A DNA stretch of 39,754 nucleotides from a virus (Duplodnaviria > Caudoviricetes): positions 1-39,754 of the IMG/VR virus record IMGVR_UViG_3300024325_000003. One strand, 5' to 3'. The notes below the pieces were generated by a model, which saw nothing but the letters and a program-made list of their open reading frames with translations, ran no database searches and was not told the DNA's origin. The number at the start of each line of letters is the position of its first letter. The first letter of the stretch is position 1. The position numbers and the translations under genes were made by a program. Below are positions 25,735 through 35,370 of the stretch, piece after piece.

Positions 25735-26202
25735 TTATGGGTTTGATAACCATTCTAACAATATAAATCCCGTTAAATTTCCTCTAGTACCACCAGGAGT
25801 AAAAATAATTTGATTTGGACTTACAAAAATTCCTAAATTATTTGTTGGTACTCCCCCATCCACATATGGAATAGGAAGATAATTCACTCCATCAAATCCT
25901 ATACCAGTAATCTTTGTAAATGTCGTCAAAGAATTAAATTTTATACCATGTGATATCGGATTAAAATTTGTAAATTGAAACACCTGTCTTAAGGTTTGCT
26001 GTCTTTGATTTTTGGATATAAACCATGATTCTCCAGTTATTGCAGGTCTGTTTATAGGAAATATTCCAATCGTTCTTGCATTTACTGTATTTGCTATATC
26101 AATATAAGCTTTATTTAACTCAACAGACAATTCCTTAGCTTCTGTCGGAAAATCCCTTGTGGTACGTATATAGGATACTTGATTGACAACATTTGAACTC
26201 AT
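25735..26202 (-). CDS. Virion structural protein
   Basis: Coupled to the nozzle gene. Confidence 0.6.
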   Translation of the reverse strand: MSSNVVNQVSYIRTTRDFPTEAKELSVELNKAYIDIANTVNARTIGIFPINRPAITGESWFISKNQRQQTLRQVFQFTNFNPISHGIKFNSLTTFTKITGIGFDGVNYLPIPYVDGGVPTNNLGIFVSPNQIIFTPGGTRGNLTGFILLEWLSNP

Positions 26203-29200
26203 GATAACATCTGAGAAGGACTCAGCTCCATATTAAATCCATGTAATTCGATTTCATCAAATTGAATTTCTGCAGAAACTAATGTTGCAAACCCACCTAA
26301 TAAATAAGCATCAAATCCTATTGAGTCAACTCCAATGGTCACTGTTGTAAGATCAGAAGCTAATACAACATAAGTATTTGTATTTAATTGAGTCATTCCC
26401 AATATACCATTAATAGTTACTAAACTTCCCGCTGGAAAACCACCTAAACATGTAAGTACACAAGGATTATCTTGTGTTGCGCCAGTAATAGAAAAAGTAT
26501 TGCCCGGACTTAATGTACGCATTTGTGTATCCGACATTGTAAATCCTAATTGGATAGTATCTCCGATTAAAGAAGTATTTACTCTATGCCAAATTTGTTG
26601 CTGCTGGATAGCTGTGGGCATTTGAAGATTATTATTTGCAGGTGTCAATCCTATATTTGCACTCTCAGGACATGTATAAAGTACTGTGCTATAAATAAGA
26701 GAATTATTTATCGATCCAGGTTCTGGAACAATATTTCCTAAATTATAAGAAAGATCGGCATTTTGATTTAAATATATTTGTAATTGAATTTGTCCTTCTT
26801 CTGTTGTTGTGAGAAGATATTGCTGTGCTCCAATTCTTGTTTTTCTTCCCATATCCCAAGCAGCAGGAAATTGTTTCGTTTGAATTAGTGGAACATACAT
26901 TCTCTGAATTTGTCCACCACCAAAATAGGTTCCTGTACCTACTATAGCTGGATTTAATTGAAATGTATTTGTCGTGGTTACTCCTACAGAAAAAACTCGA
27001 CCATTTATTTCCCAACCAACTGTTCCCAAAGCATTATGGATACTTATATAATCGCCTGTATTCAAGCAATGATTTATTGATGTAATTACATTTCCGGAAA
27101 TGCTTTGAATTGTTAATGAATTAGCTTCGTCTGTGCCTCCTAAATCGGTTTCACCAGCTCGTATGAAAACAAAACCTTGCTGATTTCCAGCAATAATATC
27201 TGGTTGAAATACTGTAGATGAACCTGAATTCCATGGACTATTCCATGACGACCATTTGGGTTGTGGTAAACTTGCACCAACTGTTGCCCAAGTAATTCCA
27301 GTAGAAAATTTAAATTGACCATATGTTGTATAAGTTTCTCTGAAAACAGCCCATGAGTTATCTCTATAATTATATTGAAGCGTTTGAGTAGGGAAGTTAT
27401 AATTTATCTCAGCAAGAGGATAGGTAAAATAAACCCATTCATTAATAAAATCTCTTTGTGCCGTTACTCTTTCAGAACCATTATTTGTCAATTTAATCTC
27501 GAAAACTTCATCAGGAATTTCTAGATCAAATCTTTCTGTTCCTACTTGATTAGAAATAACAAATCCTCTATTTCCTCTAGTCATTACACCTTGATCTAGA
27601 TTAATTGCTGAAAATGTACTTGCAGAACCTAATTCAGAATTTGTAATAAAGAAATTGAAAGGAACAACATCATTTCCTGTAAATACCATTTTTGTTTGGG
27701 TTGTAGCCAAACCAACCATCAAAACGTCTTGATTTGGGGAAACTGTTAAAATAGGCTGCTGAATTCCTATAGTTTGAAATCCACCAAATCCGGTGCTATC
27801 TTCAACATATGCAACCGGTGAAGCAATTTGATTTGTAGGCACTAATATAGGTGTAAAAACTGTTGTAGCTGATAGTGGATCACCAGTAAATGAAGCGGTA
27901 TAATAAGGCGTTCCGTTTTGACTATAAATGACAGTATCTTGTAAATATATTGGAACCCCAGTTGATGCCTGTACTACAGGTCCAAAAAAGCATAATCTAT
28001 CCTTAAATGGAACAATCATTCTTGCCCCAGCTAAGTAATATTGTTTTGGTGGTAGACCTGATATGGAAAATGCCTGACTTGATAATGGTGGCATAAAATT
28101 AACCCACCCATTACCTGGTGTTAATGTTGGGGATGGTGGGTTTCCTAATGTAGGATCTCCATCATACCATCTAATACAATCAATATTTACATTTGATCTA
28201 TTAGTTAGATATTGGACTATACCACCATTAATATAAGCACCAGCTAGTGTAGCTTGAGGAAATACTGCATTAAAACTATTGGCATTTATCACTCCACCAG
28301 CGGGAATATATCCTGTTTGAAAATTTATTCCTGAAATACCATTCACTTCATTAACAAATATAAAATCACCATCTACTAATCCATGATTAGTAATCACGAT
28401 TTGAGCGACTTGGGCTAAAATAGCAGGAATTGCTTCAATTAATCTGAACTGCAGTCCTATTGTTGTTCCAGTAAAGGGAACATCAATTCCATTCGTTACC
28501 CAAAATGCATTTTCATAATTTGTAGACCAAAACTGCTGATAATTTTGACCGTTCCAAGTTGTAGGTGTCCAATTCGCTTTTTGTGTATAACCCGGTGGTG
28601 TACCTGTAGGAGGGTTTTTATAAAAACTAACATCATAACTTGTTGCTGGCACAGAAGTTGTAATATTATAAGAATATTTTGTATCAAACCCTAATGTTCC
28701 TGGGAATTGGGTAGAATTTAAAATTAAATCTTCTAATCCCATAACAGGAAGCGAAGGATAGTAATTAAAAGTGCCAGAAACAGCATTTACTCCTCCACCT
28801 GCTATTACAATTGCACCAGTGGAATAATTTATACTGCTACCAACATCCAAAACAGCATTTCTAAATATAGTACCATCACGATTTGGATCGGTATAGGTTG
28901 CAGCTGCAATCGTTAAATTTAAAGTACCTGGAACGATATTTGCGTTAGTTTGTAATGCAAAACCTGTAATTAGGTTACCTGCTCCACCAACTAAATTAAA
29001 AGATGCAATTGATCCATAGGAAGGATTATTAGAATTGAAAAATCTTTGCAATATAACTAGAAGTGATGTTCCACGTTTTCTTTTGACTCGACCACGCCAT
29101 TGATAGGCATTCAATAATTTAGGAAAAGATTCATTATCAATATTAAATGGCGTGACATCGTTGCGAAGTCCTTTATTGAACGGTCCTACAACAAGCTTTT

Positions 29201-29207
29201 GTCCCAT
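26199..29207 (-). CDS. Tail nozzle / DNA stabilisation protein (P22 gp10/T7 gp12-like) with FCCH-like inserts
   Basis: 1002 aa; GRVKRKRG N-terminal motif; PFKDRL, LQYNYRDNSWAVF; follows the adaptor. Confidence 0.7.
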   Translation of the reverse strand: MGQKLVVGPFNKGLRNDVTPFNIDNESFPKLLNAYQWRGRVKRKRGTSLLVILQRFFNSNNPSYGSIASFNLVGGAGNLITGFALQTNANIVPGTLNLTIAAATYTDPNRDGTIFRNAVLDVGSSINYSTGAIVIAGGGVNAVSGTFNYYPSLPVMGLEDLILNSTQFPGTLGFDTKYSYNITTSVPATSYDVSFYKNPPTGTPPGYTQKANWTPTTWNGQNYQQFWSTNYENAFWVTNGIDVPFTGTTIGLQFRLIEAIPAILAQVAQIVITNHGLVDGDFIFVNEVNGISGINFQTGYIPAGGVINANSFNAVFPQATLAGAYINGGIVQYLTNRSNVNIDCIRWYDGDPTLGNPPSPTLTPGNGWVNFMPPLSSQAFSISGLPPKQYYLAGARMIVPFKDRLCFFGPVVQASTGVPIYLQDTVIYSQNGTPYYTASFTGDPLSATTVFTPILVPTNQIASPVAYVEDSTGFGGFQTIGIQQPILTVSPNQDVLMVGLATTQTKMVFTGNDVVPFNFFITNSELGSASTFSAINLDQGVMTRGNRGFVISNQVGTERFDLEIPDEVFEIKLTNNGSERVTAQRDFINEWVYFTYPLAEINYNFPTQTLQYNYRDNSWAVFRETYTTYGQFKFSTGITWATVGASLPQPKWSSWNSPWNSGSSTVFQPDIIAGNQQGFVFIRAGETDLGGTDEANSLTIQSISGNVITSINHCLNTGDYISIHNALGTVGWEINGRVFSVGVTTTNTFQLNPAIVGTGTYFGGGQIQRMYVPLIQTKQFPAAWDMGRKTRIGAQQYLLTTTEEGQIQLQIYLNQNADLSYNLGNIVPEPGSINNSLIYSTVLYTCPESANIGLTPANNNLQMPTAIQQQQIWHRVNTSLIGDTIQLGFTMSDTQMRTLSPGNTFSITGATQDNPCVLTCLGGFPAGSLVTINGILGMTQLNTNTYVVLASDLTTVTIGVDSIGFDAYLLGGFATLVSAEIQFDEIELHGFNMELSPSQMLS

Positions 29208-29795
29208 TTAATTACCTATCGCTACCCAATAAAAATTTTTAGTGGCATTAGAGTTATTAAATTGAGTGATATGGAATTTAGTTTTATCTACTATATTCGC
29301 TTGATATGATTGACCCGCAGCTGTAACTGTCTGTGGTGTAATATTTACTACGAAAGCATTATTTGGAAAATTTGGTGTGAAAGCTACATCTTGACCGGCT
29401 ATCCCTGCAGCAACTGAAGCTGAGCCCCATTGAACAATAATTCCAGAGAAAAAAGCCCAACCATTATTTGCTGCTGCATTATTACCTGTTATTTGTTCAC
29501 CAGGTGAACCAGCGGCTGTTGAGGTTGATTTATACCATAATTGATTATCCGTTCCAAAATTTGTTGTAGATGTAGAAGTGTAAAATTGACCTGCCGCTGT
29601 ATTTGCAACTATACTTTTGGCCTGTGGAATCATATGAATTAACTTGTGCCATCCACCATTATTCAAATTAAATGATACATGATCTTCTGCTAATATTAGA
29701 TCAGTTGAATTTGTATTTACTTCCATCTTAGGTTGATCTTGAGATGGATCATTTGGTGCATTAGGAATATTATCGTAGTAAGTAAAATTTGTCAT
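29208..29795 (-). CDS. Tail-associated protein with gp53-like/H-type lectin C-terminal domain
   Basis: GIIVQWG...FTPNFPNNAFVV...FYWVAIGN. Confidence 0.7.
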   Translation of the reverse strand: MTNFTYYDNIPNAPNDPSQDQPKMEVNTNSTDLILAEDHVSFNLNNGGWHKLIHMIPQAKSIVANTAAGQFYTSTSTTNFGTDNQLWYKSTSTAAGSPGEQITGNNAAANNGWAFFSGIIVQWGSASVAAGIAGQDVAFTPNFPNNAFVVNITPQTVTAAGQSYQANIVDKTKFHITQFNNSNATKNFYWVAIGN

Positions 29796-29803
29796 ATTAT
29801 CCC

Positions 29804-31009
29804 TTAAAAAGCGTTTCCACCCTGACTAGAATAACCTGTAGAACCTTGCTGCATTCCTTGGCTATAGATAGTTTGGGTGCGTGTACTTGTAAATTGTCTT
29901 TGTGAGCGTTTCCAAACCAATATCTCTTGTTCTCTAAATAATGGTTCGTAAAACTGAAATTGTTCTATATCTCCTGTATCACTCAATATCTTCCTTGCAG
30001 CACCACGGGCTATATATTCTGACATATAACCAAATTGAACGGCCTGTCCTGTAGTTAGGAATGCTGCTGGAGTTAGGTAGCAATCCATTTCAATAAGATA
30101 TTGGGAATCTGGGATATTTCTTAATGTGATCGTATTGTTTTCAAATAATATTCCACGTGGAAGTCCTGATTGGAAGAATAGGCATTGACCGTTAATGTTC
30201 ATTCCCTGTCCGACTGCCGCAGGAAAATTCACAACAGCTGTTCCAGTCATATAATTCACAGTATTATTTGTGGTACTATATGATCCTCCAAATCCTGTAT
30301 AACCATTTGGAGCTGTCCCTGGAACCATTAACAATCCATAATTGGGTTGTTTATTACCAACACCATCTATCAGAAATTGTCCTGAGTCCTGCACAACTAA
30401 AGGATTGTTAAATTGATCTTGGGTCGTGAAATAAACCGCAGGACTTATACTCGTGCTTGATATATTGAAATTTAGATCTGTTCCAAAAATTGGATCTTGA
30501 TTTGCCCCTGAAGCTATAATACCGCTAACATCAACGTGACCTCGCAATATTGCATTAACCGGTGTTGTAATTGGTGTAGAATTGAATGGTGCTACCGGAA
30601 AGGTCAATGTATAAGGGCCAGGACTTCCATTTCCTACAGCCATTACAGGAGCTGTTTGAGTGATATTTGGAAATGTATTAAAGAAATTTCTTCTTTGTGT
30701 TTCAAAATACACACTAACACCATCGACATAACAAGGCTCCATGAATCCTTGATAAACAGGGTAACTATTTATACCCTGATTACCTTGTTCAACTTGTAGA
30801 TCGTATAATGGCATATTATATCGATCTACTCCAGGAACAGTCTGAAATGAATATGTAGTCTTAAGATCAAATAATTGTATACGCGCGTCAACATCGTTAA
30901 TCCAGAAACGATTGATATAATCTATAATTAGATCATCCGTTACTTGCGCGTTCGATGGACTCTTAATTATTCTTCTAACATATGTGACGACGTCGCTTAA
31001 AATATTGAT
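29804..31009 (-). CDS. Head-tail adaptor / tail tubular protein A-like (probable ATC start)
   Basis: LSDVVTYVRRII...IIDYINRF, FQTVPGVDRY, EYIARGAARKIL; GAGG-6 nt-ATC at 31009. Confidence 0.7.
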   Translation of the reverse strand: MNILSDVVTYVRRIIKSPSNAQVTDDLIIDYINRFWINDVDARIQLFDLKTTYSFQTVPGVDRYNMPLYDLQVEQGNQGINSYPVYQGFMEPCYVDGVSVYFETQRRNFFNTFPNITQTAPVMAVGNGSPGPYTLTFPVAPFNSTPITTPVNAILRGHVDVSGIIASGANQDPIFGTDLNFNISSTSISPAVYFTTQDQFNNPLVVQDSGQFLIDGVGNKQPNYGLLMVPGTAPNGYTGFGGSYSTTNNTVNYMTGTAVVNFPAAVGQGMNINGQCLFFQSGLPRGILFENNTITLRNIPDSQYLIEMDCYLTPAAFLTTGQAVQFGYMSEYIARGAARKILSDTGDIEQFQFYEPLFREQEILVWKRSQRQFTSTRTQTIYSQGMQQGSTGYSSQGGNAF

Positions 31010-31010
31010 A

Positions 31011-31466
31011 CTACACCTCAACCGTTCTTGGTGATTTTCTTGAATGACATGCTTGACACAACCATATCACATTTAAAGGTTTGTTATAATCTTCATGATG
31101 ACCATGTGGTTTACACTCTACATTACATTGTGAACATATATTTGGTCTCATAATCTTTGCTGAATTGATTGCATATCTCAATTTTGCATTTGCGTTTCTT
31201 TTTTCTTTATTTTCGTCGCGCCATCTTTTGTTTTTTTCGCTTATCTTTTCTTTATTATTACTCGCCCAATTTCGATGGTGTATTCTGTTTTTTTCGAACC
31301 TATTTGGATCGGAAAGTCTCCTCAAAGATGCGCTTAGAGATATTTTTTCTTTGTTATTCTTTCTATATTCTTCTCTTATCTTTAAGACTTTTTCCCGATT
31401 CTTATAATAATAGTTTCTAGTATATTCTCTTTTTTTTTCAATTTCATCATTTACATATTGTTTCAT
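31011..31466 (-). CDS. HNH-like endonuclease
   Basis: CSQC...HGHHEDYNKPLNVIWLCQACH; basic helical N-terminus. Confidence 0.8.
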   Translation of the reverse strand: MKQYVNDEIEKKREYTRNYYYKNREKVLKIREEYRKNNKEKISLSASLRRLSDPNRFEKNRIHHRNWASNNKEKISEKNKRWRDENKEKRNANAKLRYAINSAKIMRPNICSQCNVECKPHGHHEDYNKPLNVIWLCQACHSRKSPRTVEV

Positions 31467-31523
31467 TCGAATTTCCCTATAATTTTAGGGAAATTATAGC
31501 AACAATAGGTTTTATCTAAAAGA

Positions 31524-32105
31524 TCAGAATGTGTTCGCGCCCATAAATACTGATCTTTTCTTACTTACTGGCAATGCATCTAGCCTTTGTACTGTTGTGT
31601 CAACGGCCATTGTACCATAATACTGACCCATACCATCGCTACCAGCCATTCTATTTTCTTGCATTGTCAATCTATGGTAGAACTTACGCTTAATTTGCTC
31701 TGCAAGATATCTTGGACCCCATACAGGCTTATTTACCGGTACTTTCCACTCTTCCGCAGGCATTCCACCAAATGGCCGAGTCCAGATCTCGATAGACTCA
31801 CCAATAATTTCTTTATTCTCTGCAATAAAATTGACATATTCCTTCGCAAACTCATAGTCTTTACGATAAGCTTCATTGAATTTATCCCTACAACTAATGG
31901 TTTTGATTGGCTTTAGGTAAATATCTTTCATCTTATCCAGATCAGCATTAGCGATCTTAGTTTGAGGCTCTAAGTCAGGTTTGGGAGTTAAATCCATGCG
32001 ATCTTTTGTCATAGCTTTAACTTCATCATCAAACTTCTCAAATTGCTTCTCAGCTTTGTCTAATTCTTTTTCTGCTAATGAATTCTTTGCTTCAGGTCTT
32101 GCCAT
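31524..32105 (-). CDS. Conserved-looking hypothetical protein in the head module
   Basis: SD GAGGT; position after the capsid-associated genes. Confidence 0.65.
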   Translation of the reverse strand: MARPEAKNSLAEKELDKAEKQFEKFDDEVKAMTKDRMDLTPKPDLEPQTKIANADLDKMKDIYLKPIKTISCRDKFNEAYRKDYEFAKEYVNFIAENKEIIGESIEIWTRPFGGMPAEEWKVPVNKPVWGPRYLAEQIKRKFYHRLTMQENRMAGSDGMGQYYGTMAVDTTVQRLDALPVSKKRSVFMGANTF

Positions 32106-32113
32106 GATTTACC

Positions 32114-32770
32114 TCAAATTGGGCTGATATTTTGGAACGAACCAGATATAAACAATTTATTTGAATTTATTCCATTAGTATTTGTCTGTCCAGAGTTTAC
32201 ATCCCCAATTGCTAGTATTTGAGGTACTGCTCCATTTAAAGGAAAGACTGTGGCTGTTCCTCCACTTGTATATGCAGTAAAGAAGGTAGAATCGACATCT
32301 AAAGTAATTGTGGTGGCTGTTTGTCTATCTATTACATAGATATTTCCATTCAGTTGTGTCATACCCCCAACATTTTGAATCAAAACGCTCATGCCATAGA
32401 CTGGATTACTAACCGTTAAAACTGCTTTCGTAGCATTGGTAATGCCCGTAATATTAGCAATAAAAGGATTGGCTACAAATGGATTAACATTTACGGAGGA
32501 GTTAATCATCACTTCTACTTGTGTGGATGAAGGAAGGCTGATAACAATGCCAGATTGTTCGTTTAATTGATTACAACCATAACCTACAGGTATCAATAAT
32601 CTAACCAATTGACCTATGACATAATTATTGGCCACAGATGTCGTCACAATCGTTGTATTGCCAAGTGTAACGTTGGATATGACAAATCTACTTGGCTGAT
32701 AAAACTGAGGTTCTATCGGTAGATTGTTGTAAAGAGCTACTGGGCCCGGATAGGGATAGGGAACTGCCAT
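32114..32770 (-). CDS. Virion protein with FCCH-like repeats
   Basis: ITGITNA...GGMTQLNG; paralogous to the C-terminus of 32817-33947. Confidence 0.65.
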   Translation of the reverse strand: MAVPYPYPGPVALYNNLPIEPQFYQPSRFVISNVTLGNTTIVTTSVANNYVIGQLVRLLIPVGYGCNQLNEQSGIVISLPSSTQVEVMINSSVNVNPFVANPFIANITGITNATKAVLTVSNPVYGMSVLIQNVGGMTQLNGNIYVIDRQTATTITLDVDSTFFTAYTSGGTATVFPLNGAVPQILAIGDVNSGQTNTNGINSNKLFISGSFQNISPI

Positions 32771-32780
32771 TTAACCTCAT

Positions 32781-32808
32781 AAAAAGGGGGACGAATCCCC
32801 CTTTATTT
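32781..32808. terminator. Bidirectional-type Rho-independent terminator
   Basis: AAAAAGGGGGA-cgaa-TCCCCCTTT; TTCG loop and T tract on the minus strand. Confidence 0.8.
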
Positions 32809-32816
32809 ATTTATGT

Positions 32817-33947
32817 CTACGGACTCGAGTAGTCATGCAAAAAAGCACGCCATTCTATTACGTCGTTAGCAGCCATAATTTTTATAGATGTATTATTTGT
32901 AGCTGTACCAGCACCAATAATAAATCCTTGACTTGTGTTATTAACAAATGCACCCCTAATCGCAGGTCCATTAATAGTAGATACACGGCTACTAGAAGTT
33001 GGGAACCTTGGAGCAGGATACAATGAAGATCCAGAGAAAATAACATTTCCACCAGTATTTACATCACCTACAGGAACCACTTGAGGGAAAGTAAGTCCTG
33101 GGACACTTGCCACAGCAATATTGGTTGTAAATGCTGTATAAGCTGATGAATTAATATTAACTACAAAGGTCCAGTTATCAGTAACAGAAATGACATATCC
33201 ATAGACCGGTGATCCAGGGATTACCAAATTTGGTAATGAATTTAACTGGGTTGTTCCCCACGCATTAGGAATTCTAAAAGCAACTTCCTGACCCACTTCA
33301 AAGTTGTGATACATTGAAGTTGTGATAGTAGTTGTTGAACCTGTTGTAATCGCTGTGATTACGTTATCTTGTGGCACGTAGAGGAAAGGATATAAAACCT
33401 TTTCTACAAACGCTGAAGCAGGTGATGCGCTTAGGTTAGTGTAAGCAGCATTATTAGAATTGTAGTTAACAACAAAGTTATTAGCATCTGTGATCGTTGT
33501 AATAGTGAATGGGATTCCATTCATCTGAGGCATACCAGTCGTTGCTGATTGGAATAAACCCCTAAAAATTACAGTATCACCAACTTGATAACCATGTCCA
33601 GTAACCTGAAATGATGTTGTATTACCCTTTGTAGAAGCTACAACTTGCTGAGCTGGCCCAAATTGTTGGGACAAACCAGCATAAAATGTGCTAATACCAT
33701 TTGTTGCAATTACATCACCAACCATTACAGAACCGCTGCTATAGCCTTCAAGCATTGTTGGGTTATTACTCGATACAATTAAAGTATTATCCCAAAAAGC
33801 TCTCAAGGTTTTACTTGCTGCCGCTGCTGCTGCAATGTTTGTATAGTTATTTACTTCTACATAATCAGGTATAAATGGAAGATTAATTATGGCTGTTGAA
33901 GCTGAAGCTGTGAAACTACCCTTAGCCATTCTAGAATATTCAGTCAT
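32817..33947 (-). CDS. Capsid-associated (decoration) protein with FCCH-like repeats
   Basis: Directly after the MCP and before a terminator. Confidence 0.65.
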   Translation of the reverse strand: MTEYSRMAKGSFTASASTAIINLPFIPDYVEVNNYTNIAAAAAASKTLRAFWDNTLIVSSNNPTMLEGYSSGSVMVGDVIATNGISTFYAGLSQQFGPAQQVVASTKGNTTSFQVTGHGYQVGDTVIFRGLFQSATTGMPQMNGIPFTITTITDANNFVVNYNSNNAAYTNLSASPASAFVEKVLYPFLYVPQDNVITAITTGSTTTITTSMYHNFEVGQEVAFRIPNAWGTTQLNSLPNLVIPGSPVYGYVISVTDNWTFVVNINSSAYTAFTTNIAVASVPGLTFPQVVPVGDVNTGGNVIFSGSSLYPAPRFPTSSSRVSTINGPAIRGAFVNNTSQGFIIGAGTATNNTSIKIMAANDVIEWRAFLHDYSSP

Positions 33948-33948
33948 A

Positions 33949-34929
33949 TTACACTCCTAAGTTTGATTGTCTCGTACAGAGAAGTTGTCTAATAGCTGTA
34001 TCCTGTGTGATTGCCTGCGCTTGTGCAAACTTCACCGCTAGAGTAGCGTTTTGGGCCAACATACCACTGTAGTATGGGTCACGATAAATCAAATTCATGC
34101 TATAACCATCTTGATTAATATGCGTAATAGCTTGCTTACCAAGAACGGTATTGTAATACAAATCATTCAAAGTACCTGAACTATTAGCAACTGCATTACG
34201 GGCTACAGGAGCTTCTGAGCTGGTTAGAATACGGATGTTATATACAGAACCATATTCAGAAGGTAGAGCAGACGCATTTGTAGGATAATTCCACTGATTG
34301 AGGAATCCAGATCCAACAAGAGCATCGAAATCGCTTTGTAGTTCAGTTGAGGACAACATGAAATATGCTGAACGAACTGGACCTGTACCGAAACGATCCA
34401 TACCTTCAATACCTGTCATAAACTTGTAGGCATTGTTTGTATCAAGTGTAGTAGCTACTAAAGAGAAATCGGATACGCCCAAATTTGTTGGGTTAAATCC
34501 ATTGCTTCCACCACCTGCATTGATCTCAGATGCGGCAGAAACAATATAGTCTCTCAAAATTAAATCTTCAGCTTGACGCATAGCAACAGCTAAACGCTCT
34601 GATACCCATGCTAATACGCCTTCTTGGTCTTGCAAAATAACTTGTTCGTTAATAATGCAACCTGTACCGAAGAATGCCATCTGAGCATCGATAATATCAC
34701 GCTGTGGAACTTGTGCTGGGGGATCTATACCCGAGTTACCCAACTGTACTGTTGGTGGTTGTAGTGCGCGTGGGCGCATGAATCTGCAAGTTGTACCGCC
34801 GTTTGCTGGCATAGATACCTTGTCGCAGACTGTAATGTAATTCATTGTTGGCGTTGGAACATACAACATAGCAGGCGCTAAGCTCTGCAGAATCATTGGT
34901 CCCAAATTGCCGGTTGTCGTAATCGACAT
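33949..34929 (-). CDS. Major capsid protein (HK97 fold, N4 gp56-like family)
   Basis: MPANGGTTCRFMR, EYGSVYNIR, DPY..MLAQ motifs; follows the scaffold; 326 aa. Confidence 0.85.
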   Translation of the reverse strand: MSITTTGNLGPMILQSLAPAMLYVPTPTMNYITVCDKVSMPANGGTTCRFMRPRALQPPTVQLGNSGIDPPAQVPQRDIIDAQMAFFGTGCIINEQVILQDQEGVLAWVSERLAVAMRQAEDLILRDYIVSAASEINAGGGSNGFNPTNLGVSDFSLVATTLDTNNAYKFMTGIEGMDRFGTGPVRSAYFMLSSTELQSDFDALVGSGFLNQWNYPTNASALPSEYGSVYNIRILTSSEAPVARNAVANSSGTLNDLYYNTVLGKQAITHINQDGYSMNLIYRDPYYSGMLAQNATLAVKFAQAQAITQDTAIRQLLCTRQSNLGV

Positions 34930-35065
34930 GGATACCTCAATTATGAGGTGAATGGGATATGTGATCGGTAGACGAGCCTATTACGTCAGTTCTCGAGCAT
35001 ATCTAATATAAGTTGCGAACCTTACTAACGCGAATGCCCATGACGCAGGACTGGCGAATCTTAAC

Positions 35066-35093
35066 TGTATATTTTAAAATAATTATTTGTCAA
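35066..35093 (-). promoter_or_regulatory. Promoter for the MCP
   Basis: TTGACA-16-TATACA, followed by a ~130-nt leader. Confidence 0.55.
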
Positions 35094-35370
35094 TAAACGC
35101 TTTTAGGTGGTCCATCGCTTCATCTAAACTAACGGATTTCAATTCACTTGAATCAGGTTTAGCAAGAAAAAATGGCTGACGATCTTCCTTAGTCACATTT
35201 ACATGCTTGACGAAACGAAATACACAAGATTTTGTTTCTATCTTACCAAGATCTTCCTTGTAAAATTCTCTTTCTTCCTGGGGATATTCCCAATTGCTTG
35301 TAAAAGTATATAACTCATGAAGATATTTCATATTCTCATGAGTTATTTTAACGAATATATCTTTCTTCAT
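35083..35370 (-). CDS. Hypothetical protein
   Basis: ATGA coupling to the scaffold gene. Confidence 0.6.
   Translation of the reverse strand: MKKDIFVKITHENMKYLHELYTFTSNWEYPQEEREFYKEDLGKIETKSCVFRFVKHVNVTKEDRQPFFLAKPDSSELKSVSLDEAMDHLKAFIDK

Noticed and set aside
29205-29210. Stop read-through or alternative genetic code (in-frame TAA-ATG; also TGA-ATG at 18001-18006)
   Set aside because: All three stop codons terminate normal-length genes; simple translational coupling explains the adjacency
32114-33947. Ubiquitin-activation (E1) system
   Set aside because: Only the small FCCH-like beta module is present, in structural genes; no ThiF adenylation domain, E2 or Ubl
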